From: a virus
Lineage: Duplodnaviria; Heunggongvirae; Uroviricota; Caudoviricetes
Virus record (IMG/VR): IMGVR_UViG_2684622552_000006
Strand: one strand, 5' to 3'
DNA length: 38,623 nucleotides
In this document: in pieces, positions 1 to 10,307 of the stretch
Position numbering within the stretch: the first letter of the stretch is position 1
How the letters are laid out: every line of letters starts with the position of its first letter
Notes under the pieces: generated by a model
What the model saw: the letters and a program-made list of their open reading frames with translations, nothing else
Database searches by the model: none
What the model was told of the DNA's origin: nothing
Made by a program: the position numbers and the translations under genes

Positions 1-1686
1 TGCAAGCCTCACAATATAGTTAAATGCGATGTTTTTGACGGTGTTTTCCGCGTTACCAGCAGCGTTAACGGTGATGGTGTGTCCATGTGCACCCAGCGCC
101 ACAGTGTGTGCATGGGCACCAATACCTACGGTGTGGTTATGCTGACCAATATCGACTGTATGGGCGTGTGCTCCGTCAGAGCTTGACACCTGGTTGGTTC
201 CTGACACCTGAACACGTTGTTTACCCCCAATGGAGTCACCACCGTAACGACCACCGACAGTGTGCGTATGCGCTCCTGTATTGTTTGTCGTTTTTGTGCC
301 GTGGTTAAACGTGCTGACTGTTTTTGTCCCGTAATCAAACGAACTGGTTGTTTTCGTACCCAAATCCGTACTGGATGCACTGGCACTGTGGGTATGCGAT
401 TTAATGCCGTCCTGTTCCTGAGACAATACAGCGCGACCACTGGCGGGTTTGCCCTTAATTGTCCAGCCACGCATATCAGGGATCACACCAGATGGGTAAG
501 CTGCTGCAAGCAGGGGATAGGCAGCCTTGTCAAAAGTCTGCCCCTGCATAATCGCATAACCTTCCGGAACTATGTCCGAAGGCCAGGCTATTGGTGCCCC
601 CACAGGAAAAGCATTAACAGGTTCAAATCCCCGTTCAAATCCATACCCATCACGGGATGAGCGGTAATAAAGCCCTCTGTTTTTATAATCCGCACGTAGC
701 TGAAATGACCGGCAACTCCCTACACCACTAAAAAAATGAGCAACGATATATGAAGCGCCGCCGTCCATGACATTGTAAAGACCGCTTTTTGCGTTCCATG
801 GCACCCCACCATCTGAACTCGGATACTGACCTGTACACCCAAGAGAAAAAGCATTTACATCTTCAGGTGATAACTTAATGTCAGATGACAGCGCGTGACC
901 ATTAACCTTACGTCCTGAGGGCACACGCCCGTTTGCATTGTCATTAGCAGCTTTCACTGCTTTCGGAGTCGCGGCAAGCGTTTCAGAGTCACTGTTAGTG
1001 GCGCTGCTTAACTGAACAATCCCTTTTCGTGCCGTGGTGGCGTCCTGTGCAGTGTATTTGCCATCAGCAAGGTCATATGCTGTCTTAACCGCCTTTGATG
1101 TCGCTGCCTGTGTCTCACTGGTGCTGTTCACCGCACTGTTCAGTTGCACCAGACCTTTTTGCTTAGTCGTGGCATCCAGAACACCAAGAGACTCGCGGGA
1201 TTCTTTTTGCGCGCCAGCTCCGCGCGCTTTTATTTCCTTCAGGTTCTGGTCAATGCGCAGAAAAAGTCCGTCTCCCGTTGCCACATTTAACGTGATGTTT
1301 GAGGTGTCAGATACAGCAAGCCGGAACTGCATATTGACACTGACACCGCCAACCGGTTTGTCAATCGCCGGGCAGTTCGCCACGGCATACAATTCCCCTC
1401 CATCAGTCATCAGTCCCACTTCGCGGACTGTAAAACCTCCCGTTCCCGTTGGTAGCACAATTCTGGCCATGAGCTGTGTCGGCTGTTCCGGTGATACCAC
1501 CAGCTCTGCAATATCTCCACGGTAGGTTTCATTAACAAGCTGCGTTTGTGCCGGATCGGGTTTCAGCGGTTTGCCATTACTGTCGCCAACCACAAACTGT
1601 GTCAGAATAATCTGGCTACCACTGGCAAGCGCTTCCGCCTCCAGTTCTTTTCCCCGGTTAGTAATAATTGAATAATATTCAGCCAT
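1..1686 (-). CDS. Tail fibre protein, partial (C-terminus lies beyond window start)
   Basis: Not in the ORF track because no stop falls in the window. I checked every codon of this minus frame from 1686 to 1 and found no stop. ATG at 1686 overlaps the stop of the upstream gpI-like gene. N-terminus [22 protein letters not shown]; internal tandem repeats; window-proximal end has GAHAHTV / GAHGHT His-rich repeats and ends ...[20 protein letters not shown], resembling lambda Stf / T4 gp37-type fibre tips (from memory). Confidence 0.8.
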   Translation of the reverse strand, partial: MAEYYSIITNRGKELEAEALASGSQIILTQFVVGDSNGKPLKPDPAQTQLVNETYRGDIAELVVSPEQPTQLMARIVLPTGTGGFTVREVGLMTDGGELYAVANCPAIDKPVGGVSVNMQFRLAVSDTSNITLNVATGDGLFLRIDQNLKEIKARGAGAQKESRESLGVLDATTKQKGLVQLNSAVNSTSETQAATSKAVKTAYDLADGKYTAQDATTARKGIVQLSSATNSDSETLAATPKAVKAANDNANGRVPSGRKVNGHALSSDIKLSPEDVNAFSLGCTGQYPSSDGGVPWNAKSGLYNVMDGGASYIVAHFFSGVGSCRSFQLRADYKNRGLYYRSSRDGYGFERGFEPVNAFPVGAPIAWPSDIVPEGYAIMQGQTFDKAAYPLLAAAYPSGVIPDMRGWTIKGKPASGRAVLSQEQDGIKSHTHSASASSTDLGTKTTSSFDYGTKTVSTFNHGTKTTNNTGAHTHTVGGRYGGDSIGGKQRVQVSGTNQVSSSDGAHAHTVDIGQHNHTVGIGAHAHTVALGAHGHTITVNAAGNAENTVKNIAFNYIVRLA

Positions 1687-2242
1687 GAGACTCCCCGGCA
1701 AAAATATCCACATCGATATGTGCTGTCGTCGCACCTGAAATATAAAAAGCGCCATCCATCCCGATATTCGCCAGAACATCTATTTTGCTCAGATGACTGC
1801 GCAGGTTTTTAGCCCGGTCAGTAAGCTGACGAATCTGGTGATACAGTGCATCGCTGACGCCCTGACTGCTGTGAACTTCAATCCGGAATGTGTAGGGTGC
1901 AGCCTGCGGTGAATCCTGCCACCACTCCACGACAGTGGTCGGCAGGTTTACCGCCCCCAGAGAACGCCTGACCGCACCCGCCGTTCCCCGGTGCTGGTGC
2001 ACGTAAGCGGCGTCCTTAATCACCTGGCGCTTTTGTGTCTCTGTCCAGCTGTCATCCCAAAAATCGACGGCATGTTCCCACGCAAGCCACGGTAAAAGAT
2101 GTGCCGGGCAGCTGGCCGCATCTTTCACCTTACGCACCATGTTGGTATCCAGTGCGATGATGTGTTCTGTCGTCGCCTGCTCCTGCGCCCGTTCTTCATG
2201 AAATGCGCCCGGCGGCAGCAGGGAGCGAAATTTATCCGTCAT
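1679..2242 (-). CDS. Tail protein I (P2 gpI-like baseplate protein)
   Basis: 187-aa ORF, ATG at 2242, overlaps J stop; sits in the J-I-fibre order typical of P2/Mu baseplate modules. Confidence 0.65.
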   Translation of the reverse strand: MTDKFRSLLPPGAFHEERAQEQATTEHIIALDTNMVRKVKDAASCPAHLLPWLAWEHAVDFWDDSWTETQKRQVIKDAAYVHQHRGTAGAVRRSLGAVNLPTTVVEWWQDSPQAAPYTFRIEVHSSQGVSDALYHQIRQLTDRAKNLRSHLSKIDVLANIGMDGAFYISGATTAHIDVDIFAGESHG

Positions 2243-3152
2243 GGCTGCTTACCTCCCTGCGGGTGACGTTGATGGCAGTACACCACGGTGCTTTTCCGGC
2301 TTCGGCTTCCAGATCAGCCACGGGAGAGATCAGTCTGACGCGAACCACACCGGATTGCTGTAAAGCGGCATAGATGGCAGATAACGGCACCACGGTGTTA
2401 ATCCGGTGAGACAGCATGGTGTAGGACTGCAAGGCTTCAATGGCATTGTTCAGAACTGTCGTGGCGTCCGGGCCGTCCGGGATCTCCAGTTCAGCCGTGA
2501 TGGCATAATTTGTGATGGTGGCGCTCTTCACCGTCACGTAGTCTGTCAATGGACGGATTTCATCGGCATTCAGTGTGCTGTTAACTTTATCCAGCAGTGG
2601 TGCAGCTGCTGTTCCGTCTCCCGTACGGGAAAGCACATACACATCAACACACCCCGGGCGGCTGTGTGTTTCGGGGCCATAAGCTTCAGCATCCAGCACA
2701 TCGGTATCCGCCGATTTCGCATGGAAGCGGTAAGCGTTGCGGGCACCCGCCGTATTTAGCTGTGCCCAGGACAACTGAATACGTTCACGAAATGCGCCGT
2801 CATCTTCCAGTTCCACTTCGACGGGGGGAACGGCATCCGGATCACCCGGTCTGATAACCTGGCGTTTAACATTGAAGGCAGCGCCAATATGATCAAGGTC
2901 TGCGCCTCTGGCGCTGGCAAGAAATACTGCCCGCACTGCATCATTGACACGCTGAAAGGCCAGCGTCAGCTGATATGCATTCACCTCTCCCTGTTTAAAC
3001 GCCGGATCGGACTCTACCAGCGCATCAAACTGCGGATCCAGCTCCTGCAGACGTGCCAGCCATCGGGAGAAAATCTCTGCGGCATCCGGCACTACAAGCG
3101 CATCAGGAACAGCGAGTTCAGACAGATTGATCACATCATAACTGTTGGGCAT
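2232..3152 (-). CDS. Baseplate J-like protein
   Basis: 306-aa ORF following the gpW-like gene; size and position match P2 gpJ / Mu gp47 baseplate wedge proteins. Confidence 0.75.
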   Translation of the reverse strand: MPNSYDVINLSELAVPDALVVPDAAEIFSRWLARLQELDPQFDALVESDPAFKQGEVNAYQLTLAFQRVNDAVRAVFLASARGADLDHIGAAFNVKRQVIRPGDPDAVPPVEVELEDDGAFRERIQLSWAQLNTAGARNAYRFHAKSADTDVLDAEAYGPETHSRPGCVDVYVLSRTGDGTAAAPLLDKVNSTLNADEIRPLTDYVTVKSATITNYAITAELEIPDGPDATTVLNNAIEALQSYTMLSHRINTVVPLSAIYAALQQSGVVRVRLISPVADLEAEAGKAPWCTAINVTRREVSSHDG

Positions 3153-3489
3153 TTAGCGTTATTTCTCCTGTTCTGACGGGTAAGCCGTCTTCTTTTTTGA
3201 TCCCTTCGATATCCAGAACACAGCCGGATTCGCCCGCCGGGAAGGTGACCATCACCCGCGTCACCTTTAAACGCGGCTCCCAGCGAGCCAGTGCAGTCGC
3301 TGAAGCGGCGATTATCCGCAGACGCGTCAGGTCATCCCGTGGGTTATCCAGCAACGAAAACAGTTCACTGCCATAGTCACGGATCAGCACACGACTCCCG
3401 ACGGGCGTGGTCAGAATGTCCCGGACAGACTGGCGCAAATGCGCCACGCCAGACAGACGTTTGCCTGTCCGGCTGTTTACACCGTTCAT
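3136..3489 (-). CDS. Baseplate assembly protein W (GPW/gp25 family)
   Basis: 117-aa ORF; size, position upstream of J and sequence style match gp25/GPW-like baseplate proteins. Confidence 0.75.
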   Translation of the reverse strand: MNGVNSRTGKRLSGVAHLRQSVRDILTTPVGSRVLIRDYGSELFSLLDNPRDDLTRLRIIAASATALARWEPRLKVTRVMVTFPAGESGCVLDIEGIKKEDGLPVRTGEITLNAQQL

Positions 3490-3529
3490 GATGATTTTCC
3501 GTTACAAAAGCGCCGGATGGCGCGATGGA

Positions 3530-4650
3530 TTAACCGAAGTAAGCCGGACCAGTTTTATCCTGTTGCTTCGATTTTTTTGCTGATTTTTGTGGTTTGTGAA
3601 TATCCACCACCAGATTGCAGGTATAACTGAATCCGGCAGCGGTCAGTGAAAAGACCAGCGACTCAACCACCCAGGCTCTGTCTTCCCGGGTACCAAATCC
3701 TGAGGTTGCCACCCCTGCTTCTGCCGTCAGGGGAATATGCTGTGGTCGGCAGGGGCCGGTGAGCGTCATTTTCTGCTCATTCCGTCTTGCCTGTGTTTTT
3801 CGTGCTTTCGCCTGCTTCTCTGCCGTATCCTTTTCTGACTGGGTATACGGGTTGGTCATTGCCGGTCCGTCATGTTCGACCGCTGCGGTTTTTGTCCTGC
3901 CATCCACTTCATCGTAATAGCGAACCCCGATTTTCTCTTTTGCTTTACCCCCCCGCTTTCCGTGACTTTACCCGTGGAACTCCCCCGCTCACCTTCACTG
4001 TATGACCACGTTGTCACGTCTGCAGGCGTAATGGTGATACTGTCAATCTGTTTACCGGAAACTGTCGCTGTCGCCCCCTGCGGCAGAAAAAGCCAGTAAC
4101 CACCGGAAGGTTTACTCACCGCGTTGTAGATGCGGGCAAGCCGGGACAGCAGGTTAGCATCAGATTCAGCCACCTGGTCGATGTGGTTAATGTGAATATC
4201 TTTCAGCGCGGCAGCGACTCTGGGGATCAGGCCATTATCGGTGGCCACGGTTTTCACCACATCCTCCAGACGAATGTTATCCCAGCTTCGTGTTTTCTGA
4301 CTGGTGACGTCACCGGGTTGCTTCCGGGCATTCATGGGCGCTGCGGTGGCATAAATTTCAATGCGCCTCGGTGGCCCACTGCTGGCAACTCCGCTGACAA
4401 CAAACCAGCCTTTATCGACAAGCTGCTCATTAAATCCCAGCGCAACCTGTAGTCGCGCCCCTCTGGGCGGAAGTGTCAGCGTTTCAGAAAGCAGGGTAAT
4501 CTTCAGTTCATCGGCTCTGGCGGTCGCGCCACCGTAATCTGTCAGCGTCAGTTCAGAAAGGCATTGCTCAATTATGCGGGTAATATCTTTCCCTTCTGCC
4601 TTTATGCGGAATGCTGGCGCATATTCAGGAGTCATCGTCTGAGAAACCAT
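3530..4650 (-). pseudogene. Tail protein D (P2 gpD-like), apparently frameshifted
   Basis: Two overlapping minus-strand ORF fragments (3856..4683, 275 aa; 3530..3907, 125 aa) in different frames overlap by 52 nt and together total about 385 aa, the size I recall for gpD. The frame change coincides with a 5-nt homopolymer at 3889..3893. Likely start is ATG 4650, coupled to the gpX stop. Confidence 0.55.
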
Positions 4651-4651
4651 A

Positions 4652-4867
4652 TTAATCCCATAAGCTGAATGCAGACTCCACAACCGGGATCACCCGTTCC
4701 GGCAGAATAACAGACTGACCGGAGGGATATACCGCGCCACGATCAGCCAGCCCGGGATTTGCCTCCAGAACCTGGATTATCGTGTCAGCGAGATTTTCGC
4801 TGCCATAGTGCGCGGCGCAAATCGCATCCAGCACATCACCGTCACGGGTTTGATATATCGTCGGCAT
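4652..4867 (-). CDS. Tail protein X (P2 gpX-like)
   Basis: 71-aa ORF between U-like and D-like genes, matching P2 order T-U-X-D. Confidence 0.6.
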   Translation of the reverse strand: MPTIYQTRDGDVLDAICAAHYGSENLADTIIQVLEANPGLADRGAVYPSGQSVILPERVIPVVESAFSLWD

Positions 4868-5300
4868 AGTGTTTCAGTGTCATTGTCCAGTTTTTATTAC
4901 GGTGACCACCTCCCGGCAGGAACCGGTTAGTGGTGTCAGTAAAGTCAGTTACCACCCACCATCCCAGAACATCCCCTTCTCCACTGACCAGCTGCAGTGG
5001 CTTCGCCTGGTCGGCAAGAGCAAACAGGTCATTGACGGGGCCAACACCTTTTCGAAAAAAGGCATGGGATTCGCCTTCAAGTCTGACGGTACGCCCCGGC
5101 TTTCCGGTGTACTGGAGAAGATCCTGCTTACCAATGCGCTCCTGTTCGCTCCAGCGCCAGGTTGCTTCGCGGGTCAGCTGGTTATAGGCTGTCGTATCAA
5201 TCGAAAAAGCAAAATCTCCCAGCATCATCATCACGCGGGCGGTTCCTGCCGAACGCAGGTTTTCAGCCTGTTGCTGACCAAATTCATCAATAAAAGACAT
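4842..5300 (-). CDS. Tail protein U (P2 gpU-like)
   Basis: ORF immediately after the tape measure gene; ATG at 5300 preceded by GGTGAG; the track start at 5312 is GTG. Confidence 0.6.
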   Translation of the reverse strand: MSFIDEFGQQQAENLRSAGTARVMMMLGDFAFSIDTTAYNQLTREATWRWSEQERIGKQDLLQYTGKPGRTVRLEGESHAFFRKGVGPVNDLFALADQAKPLQLVSGEGDVLGWWVVTDFTDTTNRFLPGGGHRNKNWTMTLKHYADDISNP

Positions 5301-5308
5301 GAAATTAC

Positions 5309-7219
5309 TCACCAGACCAGTCCTCCATCCGTCAGACGGTTGTCCCCGTTAAAAGCCGGATTATTTCGGGTGACCGTGGTCAGTTCATCGGCAATGGCTT
5401 TTTCATCCTGCCCGGGAGCTGCATTAATTTCGAAGTGATAATCAAACTTCCGGTTATCGATAACCTGCCTGGACGGCGGCTGTTTATCCAGTGCGTCCAT
5501 TTTCTGCAGCAGGTTTTCCCAGTAGCCCCCTGTTTTGTCCTCCTGCTCTCTGGCAGAACGCGGATCCGGGGCTTGTTGTTGTCGTGAAGAAAATGTGATT
5601 TCCGGTAGAACAGCAGGAAAGACGGGAGGTAACACATCTTTATTCCAGGCTTCGGTATTGTTCTCCGTCATTGCCGGAACGTAATGCATAAATGTGTTGT
5701 TTTCTGTCGTCGTCGGAGCGGTATGAATAACTGTGTTATTTTCCGTTGTTACCGGGGGCAACGATGCAGACTCCCGCTGGTTACGCTGTAAAGCGGTATT
5801 CCAGTTTAATAAGGATTCGTGGCTTTCCGGGGTCAGATAGTGATCAACAGACTGGTTAAATGCCTCATCATCCGAATCAAAACCCAAATAACCACGTGTC
5901 GATGCCCAGGACTGTTTCACCTTTTCCGGTAAGTCCGGATGCGCTGTTAACTGCTGTTCAAACCATTCCCCCTGTCCACTTCGCTGCGCGGTCAGTCTGG
6001 CAAAGTCAACGGAACCTCTTCTGGCGAGCGCTTTCAGCACATCACGCTGATCTTCACGCTCATCCGGTAACAGCCAGGCCAGTTTTTTAGCCAGCGCATA
6101 GACAATTTTGCCAACAAAAACCACGCCCTGACCAAAGGTCAACACCCCGGGATAAAGATCGTTACGCAGGAAAGTGACAATACGCCTGACGCCGCCCCCT
6201 TTAAACCAGTCTGCCAGATCGTCCGTTAATCGCCGGATATCAGGTGCCAGCTCGTTACCCAGTTGCCCGGAAATCTCCGCCACCGCCGAAGAGAACACCG
6301 TGCGCAGATTACTGATAGCCTGATTACCGGCAATCGCACCTTCTGCCCCCTCCCGGGTCACCAGGTTATAACGACGCTGCTCGTCCATCAGCTCCCGGTA
6401 GCTTCTGCCCGACTGTTTGATCAGCATCAGCAGCTTACTGGCCTCCCCGCCAAAAAGAGAGTCCAGCGCAAAAGATGCTTTTGCCTCATCCTGGAGACTG
6501 AGCGCCCGCTCAACAATTTTATCGAACTGCGCCATATCACTGAGCCCGGCAAAATCGCCCTCTTTAAATCCCAGCGTTTCAAAGGCATCCTGCAGAGAGC
6601 CCTGTTTCCCGTTTTGCTTATACTCACCCGCTTTGTGCAGATACTCCTCAAAAAGGTCACCAATATTTTCGGCATTCATATCGTACTGCCGGGCCAGGGA
6701 GTCCCACGCACTGAAGGTGGCGACATCCACACCGTAGCTTTTCGCCACACTGGCGCGGGTGGCAGTTTCAGCATTCGTTGCTGCCGGGGCGATAAGCGTG
6801 CCGAGCGCTGAGGCCACCACACCACCGCCACCAAATGCCAGTCCGGTACCGAACATACCTCCGACCTGACCGGCAATCCCCAGACCACGCCGGAACAATC
6901 CCTTCCCGGCACCTTTGAATGCCTCAATCCGCTGTGCTTTTTGCATCTGGACATTCAGTTTCTGCTGCTCTGCCTCTGCCTTGCGGATCTCTCTGGAAAC
7001 TTCGCTATAACGGCGTTTCAAGTTTCCCAGACTTTCACCTGCCAGTTTCGCGCGTTTAATTTCAGCAGCCAGTTTTGTCTGCTCCTTTGTCAGACGTTCT
7101 GAACGTTTCCCGACATCATTCAGGCTCTTTTGTAAACCGTCAGCCGATCGCTTCCATGAACTGTCCAGGTTACCGCCAAACGTGATAACGGCTTTAAGAT
7201 TCTGGCTTATTCCGCCCAC
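5309..7219 (-). CDS. Tail tape measure protein
   Basis: 636-aa ORF with coiled-coil-like charged N-terminal half and Gly-rich segments; located after the tail chaperone gene. Starts at GTG 7219 with GGAG upstream. Confidence 0.8.
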   Translation of the reverse strand: MGGISQNLKAVITFGGNLDSSWKRSADGLQKSLNDVGKRSERLTKEQTKLAAEIKRAKLAGESLGNLKRRYSEVSREIRKAEAEQQKLNVQMQKAQRIEAFKGAGKGLFRRGLGIAGQVGGMFGTGLAFGGGGVVASALGTLIAPAATNAETATRASVAKSYGVDVATFSAWDSLARQYDMNAENIGDLFEEYLHKAGEYKQNGKQGSLQDAFETLGFKEGDFAGLSDMAQFDKIVERALSLQDEAKASFALDSLFGGEASKLLMLIKQSGRSYRELMDEQRRYNLVTREGAEGAIAGNQAISNLRTVFSSAVAEISGQLGNELAPDIRRLTDDLADWFKGGGVRRIVTFLRNDLYPGVLTFGQGVVFVGKIVYALAKKLAWLLPDEREDQRDVLKALARRGSVDFARLTAQRSGQGEWFEQQLTAHPDLPEKVKQSWASTRGYLGFDSDDEAFNQSVDHYLTPESHESLLNWNTALQRNQRESASLPPVTTENNTVIHTAPTTTENNTFMHYVPAMTENNTEAWNKDVLPPVFPAVLPEITFSSRQQQAPDPRSAREQEDKTGGYWENLLQKMDALDKQPPSRQVIDNRKFDYHFEINAAPGQDEKAIADELTTVTRNNPAFNGDNRLTDGGLVW

Positions 7220-7321
7220 AGTTCATCGTCTCCAGTTCATCAGTAAGAAAATCAGAGAAAGTGCTGAACGGCATATCCAGATAGTCCGACATCGGAAAAT
7301 GCAGTCGCCGTCCAAGGAGTT

Positions 7322-7621
7322 TTATCGCCCGGAGGAGGTGTCTTTCGGACGCTTCGCGGGCGGTAGCATAAAAACATTGAAGGCATCCAGCAGTTGCGCA
7401 TAGTCTGCAGCCGTCAGTTGCCAGATGTCCTTTTCACTGAGGTTGCACAACAGCGCAATCATCCGGGCTTCTTTTTCTTCTTCATTACCGCGATCTTTGG
7501 CATGAGCAATACGATCGCGCACCAGCGGTTCACGCATCGTCACTTCCTCAAGGATCACGCCACCCTCCAGAATGACAGGGGAAAACAATCGGATAACGCG
7601 GGTTTCACCGGGAAAAGGCAT
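7322..7621 (-). CDS. Tail assembly chaperone (P2 gpE-like)
   Basis: Small acidic ORF between tube and tape measure genes; ATG 7621 preceded by GGAGGTGA. Position typical for the E/E' chaperone pair. Confidence 0.55.
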   Translation of the reverse strand: MPFPGETRVIRLFSPVILEGGVILEEVTMREPLVRDRIAHAKDRGNEEEKEARMIALLCNLSEKDIWQLTAADYAQLLDAFNVFMLPPAKRPKDTSSGR

Positions 7622-7679
7622 AATCACCTCCATTAAAAAACGGCCCGCAGGCCGTCAGGTAGTTAAAGAACGGGAATAA

Positions 7680-8186
7680 TCAGAGACGAACTTTTGCCGC
7701 CAGACCCGACAACATATCGACACCATTTACCCGACGGGAAAAGCGCTCGGTATCAATGGCAAACAGTTCACGACCATCCAGCGTCTGTCGGTAATAACTG
7801 ACCGCAATATCGACCGTGATAGCATTTTCAGAAAGATTATCCTTACCCCGCGCATCCGGCGTGACAGCCTGAATAAACCCTTCAATTTCCTCAACAGTAC
7901 CGCGAGCAGTACCGTTGCCGAGATACCCCTGGTAGGCCGTAAAGCGGGAACGACTGCCACTGACAAATCCAAAGCTGGCCAGCATATCCGTGTCCAGACC
8001 GTAAAATTTCACCTGACAGGTCAGTGCTTCCATCCCGTCATCCACGGGCGTGGGCGCATCCTGGGCACCAGTTCGCAGGTCAGTTTTCACGATTGTCAGC
8101 GATGGTGGCGTAAACTCATGCGCCCCCTGAATACGGATCCCCTGCCGGAAGAAAGTCCAGGCACGTAGTGTATTTTTATCGCTCAT
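7680..8186 (-). CDS. Tail tube protein (FII-like)
   Basis: 168-aa ORF immediately downstream of the sheath gene with a 4-nt overlap; size typical of myovirus tube proteins. Confidence 0.75.
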   Translation of the reverse strand: MSDKNTLRAWTFFRQGIRIQGAHEFTPPSLTIVKTDLRTGAQDAPTPVDDGMEALTCQVKFYGLDTDMLASFGFVSGSRSRFTAYQGYLGNGTARGTVEEIEGFIQAVTPDARGKDNLSENAITVDIAVSYYRQTLDGRELFAIDTERFSRRVNGVDMLSGLAAKVRL

Positions 8187-9652
8187 GCTGCCAGCATCTC
8201 CTCAAGCGCATAGTTATTATTCACCCGGACGCGCAAACTGATAAGTTCAGTCGGCGATTTCGGTCCAAAGTCATAGTTGATATACAGGACACCTGCCGCC
8301 ATGCTCTCTGCGGTATTAAGTTCTTCATCCAGCCAGGCCCGACCGCCGAAGATGGCGCCCAGTCCGACCAGTTGTCGCATATAGGCATTAATGGTGCCGA
8401 TAATGTCATCGGCATTTTCGCGATCCAGCGGACGGTCAACATACTCCAGCATGGTTTCCTGAATGCTGTCCTCGATAACATCTGCTGTACGTCGTACGGA
8501 TTCAAAACGCCACTGCGGATCGGTTGCGCACAGACGGTTTCCCCAGTGTTTAAAGCCCGCACGACGGATAATGGTGGATACGTTCTGCATGTTGAGCAGG
8601 TTCGCATCGCAGTTTTCATCCCCGAGAATAAATTCGTCGATCTGCTCCACCCCGAGGATATTGTTGATGTCCTGGTTCGATTTGCTCCACCACCAGCCCT
8701 TTTCGTAGTCGATACGGGCACGTAATCCGGCGGCAAAAGCAGAGTAAGGGCGATACACTAACTGGCCATCCGCATCGGCAGCCTGAACACGCGGTCGCAA
8801 CAGTTCAGTACGGGCACCATAGGACTGACGGCGCTGTACCACCTCCTGCAACGTTGCACCGGAAGCACAGTCAACATAAGCCACCGCGCGTAATTTCCCG
8901 GCCACCGTTTCCAGGGCTTTCCCGACCGCATCGTCCTCACTAAATCCCGGCGCAATCACAATACGTGGCTGATACGTGGTAATGGATTTTGCTGATGACA
9001 GAAGCCCAATCCCTTTCAGTATGGCTGCCCGTTTTTTTGCCCCGTCAGTTTCATCAGCCACCCGCACCACCACTGTCAGCGCATTACGCTGATCATTAAT
9101 CTCTGTCAGCGCCTGTTTGAGAGTCCCCTTGTCTCCCAGACGATTAATGAGCGCGGTGCCCGCCACAGCCACAGGCGTATTTAACGGAAAAGGCTCATCT
9201 TCGCCCCCTTCCAGCTTTACACTGAACGTTGCCAACAGCCCCTCGCCACTGCCTTCGGCCTGAACTTTGACGCCATCCAGCGCATTGACCACACTGACCA
9301 CATCAGCAGGTCGCGCCGTGATCACCCCCTGCTCATCACAGCCCAGTGTCACCGTCAGTTTGTGCGTAACGTCATCCCAGGATGCCGATGTGTTAACAGC
9401 CTGCGGGCTTTCCGTATCTGGTACCGCCGCCACCGCGTCCACCTGGATAACATTGCCAGCCCGGCCCCTCTCCTTTGCTGTGAAGTTCAGAACGTTATCC
9501 AGAATCGGCGTCCCGGTGGTGACCGCTGCCGCACTCCCGGCAGACGACTCCGGTGCCGTGCCCACCAGACCGATAATAGCCGTCTGGATAGTGGTCACCG
9601 CCACAGTTCCCGAGGTCAGTTCAATTGTTTCAACACCATGTAACTGAGACAT
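8183..9652 (-). CDS. Tail sheath protein (FI-like)
   Basis: About 490-aa ORF; ATG 9652 preceded by GGAGAAAG; followed by the tube gene in canonical sheath-tube order. Confidence 0.8.
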   Translation of the reverse strand: MSQLHGVETIELTSGTVAVTTIQTAIIGLVGTAPESSAGSAAAVTTGTPILDNVLNFTAKERGRAGNVIQVDAVAAVPDTESPQAVNTSASWDDVTHKLTVTLGCDEQGVITARPADVVSVVNALDGVKVQAEGSGEGLLATFSVKLEGGEDEPFPLNTPVAVAGTALINRLGDKGTLKQALTEINDQRNALTVVVRVADETDGAKKRAAILKGIGLLSSAKSITTYQPRIVIAPGFSEDDAVGKALETVAGKLRAVAYVDCASGATLQEVVQRRQSYGARTELLRPRVQAADADGQLVYRPYSAFAAGLRARIDYEKGWWWSKSNQDINNILGVEQIDEFILGDENCDANLLNMQNVSTIIRRAGFKHWGNRLCATDPQWRFESVRRTADVIEDSIQETMLEYVDRPLDRENADDIIGTINAYMRQLVGLGAIFGGRAWLDEELNTAESMAAGVLYINYDFGPKSPTELISLRVRVNNNYALEEMLAA

Positions 9653-9689
9653 GTCTTTCTCCAGCCATAAAAAAACCTGCCGCAGCAGG

Positions 9690-10307
9690 TCACATTTTCT
9701 GATTAGGTTTATCCGTACTCCCGCCACTGTCGCCGGGGTGGTTGTGCTCGTTAAAGATGTTGCGGATCCCGCTCATACTGCCGGTTTTGTCGGTAATTTC
9801 TGCAGAGGCACCAATATTACCCTTCACCGTCGTATCGGCGTTAATCTGCGTTTTCCCCTGTACAGTCAGGGTATCGGTGATTTCAACCGGACCATCAAGC
9901 GTACCCTTACCGGTGATTTTGTAAGTGCCTCCTTCGGTCAGGGTGATCGTCAGGGCATGAGCTGCCCGGTCATACCGGATCTCTGTGCCGTCGCTGTAAC
10001 GGGTAATATGTTCGCTGTCGCTGCCCTCCGGCACGGGTAATTTCCCGGTGTTCCAGCCAGGAAACACCCGCCCGTTGTTTAACTCTCCGGCCTCCGACAA
10101 CACTGTCACCGCATCACCGACGGCATAAGGATTCGAATCAGCCCGGTTTGCGCCAGAAAAACCCTGACACAGCGGCAGCCAGGTCGTGATGATATCGCCC
10201 AGATCAACCCGGCATTTGGGGATACCATCATGCCGGACAGAATGAATCACACCGCGTCGTACCAGATTTGCCAGTCTGCGTTGCAAATCCCCTGTAATGT
10301 CACTCAT
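9690..10307 (-). CDS. Baseplate spike / assembly protein V (gpV-like)
   Basis: N-terminal region (RRGVIHSV...KCRVDLGD...TTWLP) and C-terminal EHNHPGDSGGSTDKP match the gpV pattern I recall (OB-fold N-term, C-terminal HxH...PGDSGG). ATG at 10307. Confidence 0.7.
   Translation of the reverse strand: MSDITGDLQRRLANLVRRGVIHSVRHDGIPKCRVDLGDIITTWLPLCQGFSGANRADSNPYAVGDAVTVLSEAGELNNGRVFPGWNTGKLPVPEGSDSEHITRYSDGTEIRYDRAAHALTITLTEGGTYKITGKGTLDGPVEITDTLTVQGKTQINADTTVKGNIGASAEITDKTGSMSGIRNIFNEHNHPGDSGGSTDKPNQKM

Noticed and set aside
1034-1525. Plus-strand 163-aa ORF (and 217..660, 87..308) inside the tail-fibre region
   Set aside because: They lie antisense within a continuous 562-codon minus-strand ORF with clear fibre features; treated as shadow ORFs.
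3530-3907. 125-aa ORF considered as an independent baseplate gene (gpV-like)
   Set aside because: A convincing gpV-like gene is present elsewhere (9690..10307), and this ORF plus the upstream fragment sum to the expected gpD length; interpreted as the frameshifted 3' part of D.
6263-6811. Plus-strand ORFs antisense to the tape-measure gene (6263..6811, 6417..6737, 5860..6090)
   Set aside because: Embedded antisense in a well-supported long structural gene; no start context; typical shadow ORFs of GC-rich coding DNA.
8221-8736. Alternative-frame minus ORF and plus ORFs overlapping the sheath gene (8221..8736, 8168..8725, 9267..9647)
   Set aside because: Out-of-frame or antisense overlaps of the sheath gene, which has good start context and an expected product size.
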